Source: Leucoraja ocellata (lineage: Eukaryota). From it: a stretch of 64,000 bases of DNA. The stretch lies in contig JAWMAR010000104.1 of assembly GCA_036785375.1 (NCBI GenBank), positions 4,278,001-4,342,000 on the forward strand. Direction: 5' to 3'. Shown piece after piece: positions 11,140 to 24,359 of the stretch; positions within the stretch are counted from its first letter, which is position 1; each line of letters begins with the position of its first letter. Made by a program: the position numbers and the translations under genes. Below the pieces are notes generated by a model. It saw only the letters and a program-made list of their open reading frames with translations. It had not been told where the DNA came from and did no database searches.

Positions 11140-12555
11140 ATTTTCTGTCATAACATTTGCCTTAAATATGTTTAAAAATGAATGGTACAAGTTTCAAGAA
11201 GTGTAATGTTCCATAATACTTCAAACACAATTATTGATTGTGCACAGTACTAGTCAACCCGCTATAATCCAAAATCACAATAAGAATATACTGAAAAGTC
11301 TATCAAGATCCCTTATAATGTTTGAATAAAAATCGACATTTCCTCTTATCTCCACTCCATTTCCCAATAACCGCTTTAGATCTCTGTCCCGCTGTTTGGT
11401 CCGTCTGATGGAGTATATAGACTTTTTTTCATATCACTACGACCCTCATAATATTCGTCACTCAATTCATCTTCGCTTCCGTTACAATGTAATCGTTTCC
11501 AGTTTCTCCAAATGTTCCAGTCCTAGAAAAGACATATGTTCTCTGCAATCTGTTAACCAAAGCTATACTCTATGCACCAACTCTGGCTTATCGGGTATTT
11601 GGCAAACTTTCATGTTGCTCAGTTGCAATTCCATCCAAGCTCTACCAGCTCGATTACAACGCTGACAATTACACGACATATCATAAAACGGGCATACTGA
11701 GACAGTTTTCCAAAATATCGCGAACATGCTGTGAAGATAAGATGAAATTATGTTTTCTGTCCAAACACTATAAGGGATCTGAAAATCTGCGTGTAAAAGA
11801 ATGGACAAGAAGGAAACTCTCGTCACCTTTAAAACCTAGTTGGACGTGTACTTGAGGCGCCGCTGCTCGCAATGCTGCGGACCTCGTGCTGGAAGGAAGA
11901 ATAGGCTTGGGTGTCATATTTTGTGAACACTGCCTCCTTCAGGCAAATAGCTTCCATCGGTATCCTAAAAGTACTACCTTTCTCTGTTTGCTGGACCACG
12001 CGAAAGGCAACGCCTAAAGTCACTTTAATTGCTTCTACCATAAAGGGTTCATTTTCCTTGGCGCAATACAATACAATACAAGAAATAAGACAACCATTGC
12101 GCAAATACATTGCGCTATGGTTTAAAAATGTATAGGCAATTGGTGGACACATTACATGTTTCCCCGTTATTTCTGATGAGAGATGACAAAATGCAAATTT
12201 TGGGGCTTTCCTCAGTCCTATGATTCTCATCAATTATTGTATTATGCAACAGCTACCGCTCCAGCATCAATTTTGCAAATATCGGCTTCTAACAAATGCA
12301 TAAACAAGATGGAAATAAAAATCCAGTGGCATCATCTCCCAACGATTCATCCTCATTCTGCTCATGAATGTCATGAAACTTTAACATAAATTGTGGAGTA
12401 ATTTTAATCCAAAAATCCGATTAAAATGGCAAATTGTTAACACACGAAACAAATACACGGGGAATTGGACCTGCATGAATTAAAGTTGGTACATCCAATT
12501 TCATGGAGCTTTTTATTATACTAGTGACCAGTTATACGTGCTCTACAACACTCAC

Positions 12556-15009
12556 CACGTTCGACGAACTGCTCCTTGTCTTTGTACTGTCCGTTGGCGC
12601 ATATTTAGCGTACTTTTCAATGGTCCCGTGCATCTGTGGACTGAATGGAGTGAAATATATATCCCGTGGTTCGGTCGCCGATCGAATTTTATAACGGTAT
12701 GTTTCTGAAAGGGATCCATTTCCATGAACCTCAAGTAGACTGGGAAGGAAGTGAGAATCCGGCACGATTTGCAAGTTCACATTCGAATGCCTATATTCCA
12801 ACTCTCTTCTGCAGCAACTGTCTGCTAAAGTGCAGGCATGCCCAGATGCAGAATGGCTGCCCATTGGGCAAATAACTACAACAAGTACAATTATAACCAC
12901 CAAAAGAACAAACGAGGTTGCTCCTAGTGTAATTATTATATATAATGATAATTTCTGCGTGTCTTCTAGGTCGTCACGCGCTTCATTGAAGTCCAGCAAA
13001 CCCTCCGTGTGTTCCTCAACTATTGTCAAAGTAAAGGTGGTGGTAGCAGAGAGAGCGGGATAACCGTTATCTTTCACCTGGATAATCAGCCTTTGTGTGG
13101 TGGCGTCGCTATCTTTAATGCGCCGAGCAGTTCTTACCTCCCCTGAGTTATATGAAACTATAAAGAGACCCGGGTCACTGGATTGCATGAGTTGATAAGA
13201 CAGTTGTGCATTCTTACCGGAATCTGCGTCGGAAGCAAGGACCTTTGTTACCATATATCCCGGGTCTGCAGAACGAGGCACAGGCAGACTGCTGTTGCTT
13301 TTTATTGCATTTGCTGTTATCATGGGTGGATTGTCGTTCTGATCCAAGACAATCACTTTCACAGCAACGTCACTGGAAAGTGATGTTAATCCGGCATCTT
13401 GAGCCCGAACGTGAAACTGAAAACCTTTAAGTCGTTCATAATCGAAAGGAGTTTTCGAGTAGATGCTGCCATTATTTGAGTTGATAAAGAGGTAGAAAGA
13501 CACAGGCACTGACTGTATCTGGTTCTCCAAAATAGAGTAAGAAAGCTGTGAATTTCGGTCGCTATCAAGATCCAAAGCTGTTACTGATCCAATGTAGCTG
13601 CCGGGTTCATTATTTTCCGCCACATAGGCCGTGTAGGAAGGCTGCGTAAAGCGCGGCGCGTTATCATTAATATCTGAGATATTTAACACAATCGTCCGGC
13701 TGGTAGATAAAGGTGGGATACCACGGTCTTTGCAAGTTACTGTAATCTTATGATGAGGGGCGCTTTCTCGATCGAGTGCTGCATTTGTAACTAGTCTGTA
13801 GGAATTTGTGAAGGAAGATTTAAGATTAAAGAGTAGATTGGGTGAGATAGAACAGTCGATGAGTCCATTTTGATTGGAATCCCTGTCTGTCACACTGATC
13901 AATGCGATTAACGTTCCACTTGGAACATTTTCACTGACTGTACCGGAAACAGAATTCAGAGTTATATCAGGAGCGTTGTCATTCACATCTGTGATATCCA
14001 CCCGCACATTGCAGAGTGTGGATAACGATTGCACACTTTTGTCCTTAGCTTGTACATAAATCTGATAAATATTGGTTTCTTCAAAATCCATAATTCCTTT
14101 GGTACGTATCTCCCCGGATTTGTGGTTAATCGTAAACATTTCAGTTATCCTTTGTTCATTGTAACTGCTGAAAGAATAAACGATTTCGCCATTTGTGCCC
14201 TCGTCCAGGTCAGTCGCGTTAAGTTTAATCACCAAGGAATTTCGTGATACGTTCTCCTTTAGGCTAACAGTATACGCCGATTGCTCGAAAACCGGTGTAT
14301 TATCATTAACGTCCAAAACAACAATAGTTACATGAGCCGTACCTGACCTCCCTGGAGTACCGCCATCAAGAGCGGTCAGTAATAAACTGTACACTGGTTG
14401 TTTTTCTCGGTCGAGAATATTCTGCAGCACCAGTTCTGGTAACTTCAATTTTCCAAAATTCTGCACATCCAACGTAAAATGATCATTAGCAGCGAGCTGG
14501 TAGTTACGAACAGAATTATTTCTCCCGTCCATATCGTACGCGCCCTCTAACAGAAAACGCGATCCTGGCATCCTGCTTTCTGAAATTTCCAAACGAATTT
14601 CGCTTTTCGGAAAAATTGGAGAATTGTCGTTTATATCCAATATCTCAACATTCACACGGTACTGCTCCACAGGGTTTTCAACCACCGCTTCCACGAGCAA
14701 TACACAGTTATCACTCTGACCACACAGCTGTTCCCTGTCGATTCTTGCATTTACAAATAAAATTCCATTCATATTATTTACATCAAAGTATTGTTTTGAT
14801 GCGGCTGAGTTAATTCTGAATTTACGGTTTGATAGCTCCTCTATGCTCAAACCCAAATCTTTTCCGACTTTTCCGACGAAGGCACCTTGTTCCAGTTCTT
14901 CTGGAATGGAGTAGCGAATCTGCCCGGAAACCAGATTCCACACACAAAGCAGAAAGATGGATGATATCACCGACTTTCCATGCACGCGGAAAATGCTCCT
15001 TTGTGCCAT
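12556..15009 (-). CDS. Clustered protocadherin variable exon, subtype A copy 2
   Basis: ORF 12532..15207; same architecture and length as A1; ATG at 15009; donor GTG|GTGAGT at 12556/12555. Confidence 0.95.
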
Positions 15010-15153
15010 TATTTCTGTGGGGTAGATCACAAATACCTTAGCAATGTTTCTTCTTGAAAGCATCCCGGCCCACATCCGAACCAATTCCTTCAATGTGTTG
15101 AATAAGTTGAAGTGTGATCTGTTGAAGAGATGGTCCGCTGCGCTCGTACACAC

Positions 15154-15277
15154 GCCGCCATTATTCAGCTTCCTCTCTCGTATATTGGGGGATGGGCGGT
15201 GGATCACTAGGTGGTTTTCACCTCCTTATTGGTAGACAGCGACACAAAGAGTCTCAGCCTATAATTGCACTGAGAAT
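15154..15277 (-). promoter_or_regulatory. Variable-exon promoter A2 (CSE block)
   Basis: Near-identical copy of the A1 block; CSE at 15228-15269. Confidence 0.85.
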
Positions 15278-18064
15278 GTGGATAAGCTAAATTCCAGTTA
15301 AAATGTTAGAACACAACGTTTTTGTTTTTGCGAGATTGGCCAAATAGTTTGAAAGGCAATTAACCGAAAGAATTGAAACACTAAGGGAGAATTTTAAGTT
15401 TAATAAAACAACGAATTCTGCCGTATAGGTATGTGTGGGCAAGTGAATAAAGTTATTTGTCCATTGGAATGTGGAAGTTAAATCCTATATGCGATTTTTA
15501 CAAGAAACAAGTTGAAAATGTCGTGAGATTTCCAAACAAACCAAGAAAATGTTTCCATATAATTACTGGGAAATATATAGCATTTTTTAAACAATGATCA
15601 CAATCGCCCATATTCATATCAACGACATTCTTCCCAATTGATGAGGTTGAACTTATATTTTCTTTATCTTTGAGACCCATTCAATTTTACTGAAATTTTC
15701 GACGCTTTGTTTCTTATTGGGTTTGTCGAAACATGTTCATGCAGCTGGCAGTCAATGTGTAAACAAACTTTTTTTGAGATATGCAACGCATAAGATAAAT
15801 AAAGTGTTATGGGTAGGTTCGCATTTATGAAAATTCTGAAAGAGACCATTTTTGTAAAGTTGTTATCTAATGTTTTATCTGTTGCCATTGGTGGAACTCA
15901 ATAATCCAGAATCTCGCTCACTTCTAGATTTTTCAACATGCCATATTATTTGGTATTTAACTGAATATAGTAAAACTTAAACTATAGTAAAAACTAAAAG
16001 CTCTAATTAGACATGGATGGGGTACTTCGCAATTATTCAGACAGCTAAGTAGAAAATGGCAGCAAATCAACAAATTGATTAAATGCACAAGCAGTAAGAT
16101 GATGGCGAGGGTAGTGTTGGGTTTAAGTGAAGGGTACATGCAAGCAAGGACACTTGAATAGGTATATCAGAACCACGACCAAGAGCCATTGGCAGAAAAT
16201 AATGGCATAAGACGCTGGTGATAAAGCAAATCTGTAATCAATATCAAAAGAATGGAAATCATTGTAAAAATCACCAGGCCATTCATTCTTATTGAGCATT
16301 AAAATTCTCATATTTCGAGAACGATTATTTTTTCAGCGCTGAGATATTGCATCGTTTTTTTATGTGAAGTTGCTCAGCTCTGCATTAAAATTGGCAGCAA
16401 AGATTTGAATCCGGAAACAGTGAATCAATCTGAAGAAGGGTCTCGACCCGAAACGTCACCCATTCCTTCTCTCCAGAGATACTGTCTGTCCCGCTTAATT
16501 ACTCCAGCACTCTGTGTCTATCTGTAGCTAAAACAATAGTGCACGAATTACGGTTATGAACATCGGCCTTTCAATAATGGGAGCGATCAACATTCGTGTC
16601 GAAGCACAGACTAATGCTTTTGTCGCCAATCAGTCTACTTGATTGTTTCATCACGTGGATATCCATCATGACTGAAAGCATCCTCGTGATAGCAATAATT
16701 TGTTGAATGGGTTGAAAAGAAGAAACTTTGCTGCCTCCTAGATATTCCAATTACAACGCTGAATGTCTGTGCTTTTGAACAATACACGTCTCCAGTCAAA
16801 CATTTATTGCTTCACACTCGAACCAGCAGTATAATATTCGACGAGCACCTCCAACTTTCGAGGGAATTTTACCCTTTTATTTTCTGTCTTAAGTTAAATT
16901 TACACTCCTTGATATCAACGTGCCATTGTAGCCAAATGATGGAGAAAAAAACTATTGACAGACAATTTTCTGAGTACAGGGCTGAAGGATAGTGTTGCAT
17001 AACTAAATCTATTGAATCTAGTCGAACATGACCATAACATCGTATTCATTTGGAACTGAAATATTGTCGAGGTGCGTTGTATTTTAAACAATGACGTGCT
17101 GCAATATTTTGCTCAATGCCACTCAAGCGAACATTCACCCATTCCTTCTGTCCAGAGATGCCGCTTGGCCCGCTGAGTTACTCCAGCATTTTGCGTTTAT
17201 CTTCAGTTTAAGCCAATATCAACAGCTCCTTCATCCACAATGCCATATGCAGTTAAGTTTAACTCTTTCCCCGTTACGCTTTCCATCAGATTTGACGCTA
17301 TTGGCTTACACCTGCGCACTACAGGACCCCATTCACTACACAATATAAGATCTAATTTGATTAAGACTGGTCACACTCAGCGGCAATAGACTTTTTTTTA
17401 CACAATCAAGTAACAGTGGCGCAGCTAATAAATATTTCAGACGGCAGACGTCTAATCACCGGCCACTGACCACCTATTTAGTATTATTGGCATGGTGGTT
17501 GGCTATTCTCAATTAGAATGCTGATGCACCTGCCACATACATTGTCGACCACATTGTTGACCCAACCTACAAAATATAAATTCTAATCCTTCAGCACGAT
17601 AGTCGCTACTGCCACCACTGACGACTTTTTCAATGAATAGAAATTAAAGACTATTACAAATATGGTACGATTTTTACTTACCTAAACTAACAGAAAAATA
17701 GTAATTAGTGAAAAACACATAATTAATCATAAAGGACATAAACTGCCCTCGCATCACAGGTCAGCAACAACATCCAACAACATTCAAATAGACAATGCAA
17801 AACAGAGGAGTTGAATGTAAAGTTCATTTGCGCACCAGAGTTCAAAGATTGGGCTTGCTCGGANNNNNNNNNNNNNNNNNNNNNNNNNNNNNNNNNNNNN
17901 NNNNNNNNNNNNNNNNNNNNNNNNNNNNNNNNNNNNNNNNNNNNNNNNNNNNNNNNNNNNNNNNNNNNNNNNNNNNNNNNNNNNNNNNNNNNNNNNNNNN
18001 NNNNNNNNNNNNNNNNNNNNNNNNNNNNNNNNNNNNNNNNNNNNNNNNNNNNNNNNNNNNNNNN

Positions 18065-18661
18065 TATAACAATTACAGCACGGGAACAGGCCATCTCGAC
18101 CCTTCTAGTCCGTGCCGAACACATAATCTCCCCTAGTCCCATATACCTGCGCTCAAACCATAACCCTCCATTCCCTTCCCATCCATATAACTATCCAATT
18201 TATTTTTAAATGATAAAAACGAACCTGCCTCCACCACCTTCACTGGAAGCTCATTCCACACAGCTACCACTCTCTGAGTAAAGAAGTTCCCTCTCATGTT
18301 ACCCCTAAACTTCAGTCCCTTAATTCTCATATCATGTCCCCTTGTTTGAATCTTCCCTACTCTCAATGGGAAAAGCTTTTCCACGTCAACTCTGTCTATC
18401 CCTCTCATCATTTTAAAAACCTCTATCAAGTACCCCCTTAACCTTCTGCGCTCCAAGGAATAAAGCCCTAATTTGTTCAACCTTTCTCTGTAACTTAGTT
18501 GCTGAAACCCAGGCAACATTCTAGTAAATCTCCTCTGTACTCTCTCTATTTTGTTGACATCCTTCCTATAATTAGGCGACCAAAATTGTACACCATACTC
18601 CAGAATTGGCCTCACCAATGCCTTGTACAATTTTAACATTACATCCCAACTTCTATACTCA
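18065..18661 (-). mobile_element. Young 5'-truncated CR1 LINE, seen only in unit 2
   Basis: ORF 18133..18639, MLKLYKALVRPILEYGVQFWSP..., plus 3' UTR; the tail runs into the N gap. Confidence 0.92.
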
Positions 18662-21637
18662 AAATATGCAAATAGGATACACTTAATTAATATTTAATAT
18701 TGATGCTGATGGTGATCTTTCATCAGAATAGTGCAGGTTTGATAGGACCGTCAGTGAATGGTTATATATACTTGTGTAACTCACTGTTCAATCTTGCGAA
18801 TCATAAAATGCCTAATCAAAAGATGATAAAATATCCTTCAAGTTACTTTAGATTTTCTTTTCTAGGGTGTAAGGGACCGACTAGAGAGTGGTCAGAGAAT
18901 GGCTGACATTAAAATTACAGAGGCAAGCAAATGGCAGCACAGCAGAATAATCTACCATATCTACAAAGTCGATTCTCAATTTAACGTTTTTCTCCATTGT
19001 AGAATGGATCCTATTGCGCACGCAGCACGAAGATTGCTATATTGGAAGGAGTGAGTGTAAGTTGCCCTATTAGCTGAAATTACCATTTGTGCCTGTTGAT
19101 ATTGGCATGTGTAGAATTCATACGGTCAAAGGTGATAGGAGCATAATTAGGCCATTCGGTCCATCAATTCTACTCCGCCATTCAATCATGGCTGATCTAT
19201 CTCTCCTCCCTAACCCCATTCTCTTGCCTTCTCCCTATAAACACTGACACCCGTACTAATAAAGAGTTAGACTGGAAGACGTTACATCTCCAACGATCGC
19301 AAATGAATGTGCCATTCAAAGAGGGATGCGTGCTAAGGGAGATGTATTGTGACGTAAGCAATTACCGACTGAGTAATTTCTTTGTGAGCCTGTGTAGACG
19401 TGTCTGGTTGTAACGTCATGCGCAATGAGACAGAGGTAATGGAGAATAATCCATTGACTGTAGAGGATGTTGTGACAAAGAGGAGACAATTGCAAAATTA
19501 TTATCAGAACAGATAAGATGGAGTAAGAGATACTTGGAACACGGAATGGTGTTCTTGTCGGAAGAAATATGGGAGGAGATGTGGACAAGATTGTGTGAGC
19601 ATGCATAGGACTGCAACGGACATTATGGTTCTCCACTGGAATCATTGATGAGACCATCAGCCGGAATCAAGGTAGATTGTGTCAGAACATGGTAGCCAGC
19701 TCAAAGCCCCATTTGCTATTCAAAGCGTTGATATATATGGCTGATGCGTGCGGGGTGGTTGATGTCAATTCTCACGGGAACTGCTGAAGAGATGCAAGTA
19801 CGTTTTGGGTTATTATGGTGATAAGGACAAATCAGCGTCGATGGTGAATGACGCTTCTGATGTATAGTCCTTCGAAGCATCTTAAATCAATCATGCCACA
19901 TCAACAATGGAATAACTCCACGGGTGTGTGTGAATGTAATCCCACCATTATTCCAAATCATGATAATATTAAGGAAACCAAATTTAATGAACATCTAAAA
20001 TATCAACTTAAATTACCCCTTTCTTTACGAAGAAGAAATGTGCAGAGAAATGTGAGGTGTTCCATGTTGGGAACATAGGCAGGACCTACACGGTGAATGG
20101 TAGGGCTTTGGGTAGTGTTGCAGAGCAGAGGGATCAAAGAATGCAGATGCATGATTCCTTGAAGGTGAAGTCGCAAGTAGATCGCGTCGTCAAATAGGGT
20201 TTTCGCAGATCGGCCTTCATCAGCCAGAGTATTGAGTACAGAAGTTGGGAGGTAATTTTGCAATTGTATACGACGTTGGCGAGGCCGCATTTACAGCATT
20301 GTTGTCAGTTCTGGGCACCGTGTTATGGAAAAGATGTTGTCAAGCTGGAAAGGGTGCAGGAAAGATTTACGAGGATGTTGCCAGGAATAGAGGGTCTGAG
20401 CTATTGGCAGAGGTTGAGTAGGCTGATTTTTTGTCATAACATTTGCCTTAAATATGTTGAAAAGTTAATGGTACAAGTTTCAAGAAGTGTAATGTTCCAT
20501 ATTACTTAAAACACCGTTTTTGATTGTGCACAGTACTAGTATCCTCTATAATCCAAAATCACAATAAGAATAAACTGAAAAGTCTATCAAGATCCCTTAT
20601 AATGCTTGAATAAAAATCGACATTTCTCCTTATCTCCATTTCCCAATAACCGCTTTAGATCTCGTCCCGCTTTGGTCCGTCTGATGGAGGATATATACTT
20701 TTTTTTCATATCCCTACGACCCTCATAATATTCTTCACTCAATTCATTTTCGCTTCCGTTACAATGTAATCGTTTCCAATTTCTCCAAATGTTCCAGTCC
20801 TAGAAAAGTAATTTGTTCTCTGCAATCTGCTAACCAAAGCTATAGGCTATGCACGGACTCTGGCTTATCGGGTATTTGGCAAACTTTGATGTTGCTCAGT
20901 TGCAATTCTACCGGCTCGTTAACAACACTGACATTTACGCGACATTTCATAAAACGAGCATACTGAGATAGTTTTCCAAAATATCGTGAAAATGCAGTGA
21001 AGATAAGGAGAAATTACGATTTCCGTCCAAACACTATAAGGGATCTGAAAATATGCGTGTAAAAGAATGGACAAGAAGGAAACTCTCGTCACCTTTAAAA
21101 CCTAGTGGGATATGTACTTGAGGCGCCGCTGCTCGCAATGCTGCGGACCTCGTGCTGGAAGGAAGAATAGGCTTGGGTGTCATATTTTGTGAACACTGCC
21201 TCCTTCAGGCAAATAGCTTCCATCGGTATCCTAAAAGTACTACCTTTCTCTGTTTGCTGGACCACGCGAAAGGCAACGCCTAAAGTCACTTTCAATGCTT
21301 CAACCATACAAGGGTTCATTTTCCTTGGCGCAGTACAATATTACAAATTTTAATTTTACAAATATCGGCTTCTAACATAGGCATCAACAAGATGGAAATA
21401 AAAATTCGGTGGGATCCATCCCAACGATTCATCTCATTCTGCTCATGAATGTCATGAATCTTTAACTTAAATTGTGGAGTCATTTTAATCCAAAAATCCG
21501 ATTAAAATGGCAAATTATTAACACACGAAACAAATACACGAGGAATTGGATTTTGCATCAAGATAGGTTGGTACATCCAATTTCATGGAGCTTTTTATTA
21601 TAGCAGTGACCAGTTATATGTGCTCTACAACACTCAC

Positions 21638-24091
21638 CACGTTCGCCGAACTGCTCCTTGTCTTTGTACTGTCCGTTGGCGCATATTTAGCGTACTTTTC
21701 AATGGTCCCGTGCATCTGTGGACTGAATGGAGTGAAATATATATCTCGTGCTTCGGGCGCCGATCGAATTTTATAACGGTATGTTTCTGAAAGGGATCCA
21801 TTTCCATGAACCTCAAGTAGACTGGGAAGGAAGTGAGAATCCGGCACGATTTGCAAGTTCACATTCGAATGCCTATATTCCAATTCTCTTCTGCAGCAAC
21901 TGTCTGCTAAAGTGCAGGCATGCCCAGATGCAGAATGGCTACCCATTGGGCAAATGACTACAACAAGTACAATTATAACCACCAAAAGAACAAACGAGGT
22001 TGCTCCTAGTGTAATTATTATATATAATGATAAGTTCTGCGTGTCTTCTAAGTCGTCCCGCGCTTCATTGAAGTCCAGCAAACCCTCCGTGTGTTCCTCA
22101 ACTATTGTCAAAGTAAAGGTGGTGGTAGCAGAGAGAGCGGGATAGCCGTTATCTTTCACCTGGATAATCAGCCTTTGTGTGGTGGCGTCGCTATCTTTAA
22201 TGCCCCGAGCAGTTCTTACCTCTCCTGAGTTATATGAAACTATAAAGAGACCCGGGTCACTGGATTGCATCAGTTGATAAGACAGTTGTGCATTCTTACC
22301 GGAATCTGCGTCGGAAGCAAGGACCTTTGTTACCATATATCCCGGGTCTGCAGAACGAGGCACAGGCAGACTGCTGTTGCTTTTTATTGCATTTGCTGTT
22401 ATCATGGGTGGATTGTCGTTCTGATCCAAGACAATCACTTTCACAGCAACGTCACTGGAAAGTGATGTTAACCCGGCATCTTGAGCCCGAACGTGAAACT
22501 GAAAACCTTTAAGTCGTTCATAATCGAAAGGAGTTTTCGAGTAGATGCTGCCATTATTTGAGTTGATAAAGAGGTAGAAAGACACAGGCACTGACTGTAT
22601 CTGGTTCTCCAAAATAGAGTAAGAAAGCTGTGAATTTCGGTCGATATCACGATCCAAAGCTGTTACTGATCCAATGTAGCTGCCTGGCTCATTATTTTCT
22701 GCCACATAGGCCGTGTACGAAGGCTGCGTAAAGCGCGGCGCGTTATCATTTATATCTGAGATATTTACCACAATTGTCCGGGTGGTAGATAACGGGGGGA
22801 TACCACGGTCTTTGCAAGTTACTGTAATCTTATGTTGAGGGGTGCTTTCTCGGTCGAGTGCCGCATTTGTAACTAGTCTGTATGAATTACTGAAGGAAGA
22901 TTTAAGGTCAAACGGTAGGTTGTGTGAAATGGAACAGTCGATGTGTCCATTTTCATTGGAATCCCGGTCTGTCACGCCGATGAAGGCTATTAAAGTTCCC
23001 GTCGGAACATTCTCACTGATTGTACCGGAAACAGAATTTAGAGTTAAATCAGGAGCGTTGTCATTCACATCTCTGATCTCCACTCGCACGCTGCAGTGTG
23101 TGGATAGCGACTGCACACTTTTGTCCTTAGCTTCCACATGAATCTGATAAACACTGGTTTCTTCAAAATCCATTATTCCTTTTGTACGGATCTCTCCTGA
23201 TGTTGGTATAATCGTAAATATTTCAGTTATTCTTGGTTCGTTGTAACTGCTGAAAGAATAAATGATCTCGCCATTTCTACCTTCGTCTAAATCAGTCGCG
23301 TTCAGGTTAATCACTAAGGAATTCAATGGCATGTTCTCGCTTAGACTAACACTATACACTGATTTCCCGAAAATCGGTGTATTATCATTCACATCCAGGA
23401 TAACAATGTTTACATGAGCAGTACCTGACCTTTCAGGAATACCGCCGTCAAGAGCGGTCAGTAATAAATTGTACACTGGTTGTTTTTCTCGGTCGAGAAT
23501 ATTCTGCAACACCAGTTCGGGTAACTTCCACTTGCCAACATTCTGAACTTCTAACGTAAAATGATAATTTGCAGCGAGCTGGTAAATACGAACAGAATTA
23601 TTTCTCCCGTCCATATCGTGGGCGCCTTCTAACAGAAAACGTGCTCCTGGCATCGCGGTTTCTGAAATTTCCAAACGAATTTCACTTTTCGGAAAATTCG
23701 GAGAATTATCGTTTATATCCAATATATCAACTTGCACAAGGTACTGCTCCACAGGATTTTCAACCACCGCTTCCACGAGCAATACACAGTTATCACTCTG
23801 ACCACACAGCTGTTCCCTGTCGATTCTTGCACTTACAAATAAAATTCCATTCATATTATTTACATCCAAATATTGTTTTGATGCAGCTGATATCATTCTG
23901 AATTTACGACTTGATAGGTCCTCTATGCTCAAACCCAAATCTTTGCCGACTGCTCCGACGAAGGCACCTTGTTCCAGTTCTTCTGGTATGGAGTAGCGAA
24001 TCTGCCCGGAAACCAGATTCCACACACAAAGCAGAAAGATGGATGATATCACCGACTTTCCATGCACGCGGAAAATGCTCCTTTGTGCCAT
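21638..24091 (-). CDS. Clustered protocadherin variable exon, subtype A copy 3 (divergent EC2-EC4)
   Basis: ORF 21614..24289; ATG at 24091; donor GTG|GTGAGT at 21638/21637. Confidence 0.95.
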
Positions 24092-24235
24092 TACTTCTGT
24101 GGGGTAGATCACAAATACCTTAACAATGTTTTTTCTTGAAAGCATCCCGGCCCACATCCGAACCAATTCCTTCAATGTGTTGAATAAGTTGAAGTGTGAT
24201 CGATTGAAGAGATTGTCCGCTGCGTTCGTACACAC

Positions 24236-24359
24236 GCCGCCATTATTCAGCTTCCCTTTTCGTATATTGGGGGATGGGCGGTGGATCACTAGGTGGTTTT
24301 CATCTCCTTATTGGTAGACAGCGACACAAAGAGTCTCAGCCTATAATTGCACTGAGAAT
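24236..24359 (-). promoter_or_regulatory. Variable-exon promoter A3 (CSE block)
   Basis: Near-identical copy; CSE at 24310-24351. Confidence 0.85.

Noticed and set aside
11829-12233. 134-aa minus-strand ORF downstream of A exons
   Set aside because: Frame and length differ among the four copies; no recognisable domain or resemblance to Pcdh constant exons.
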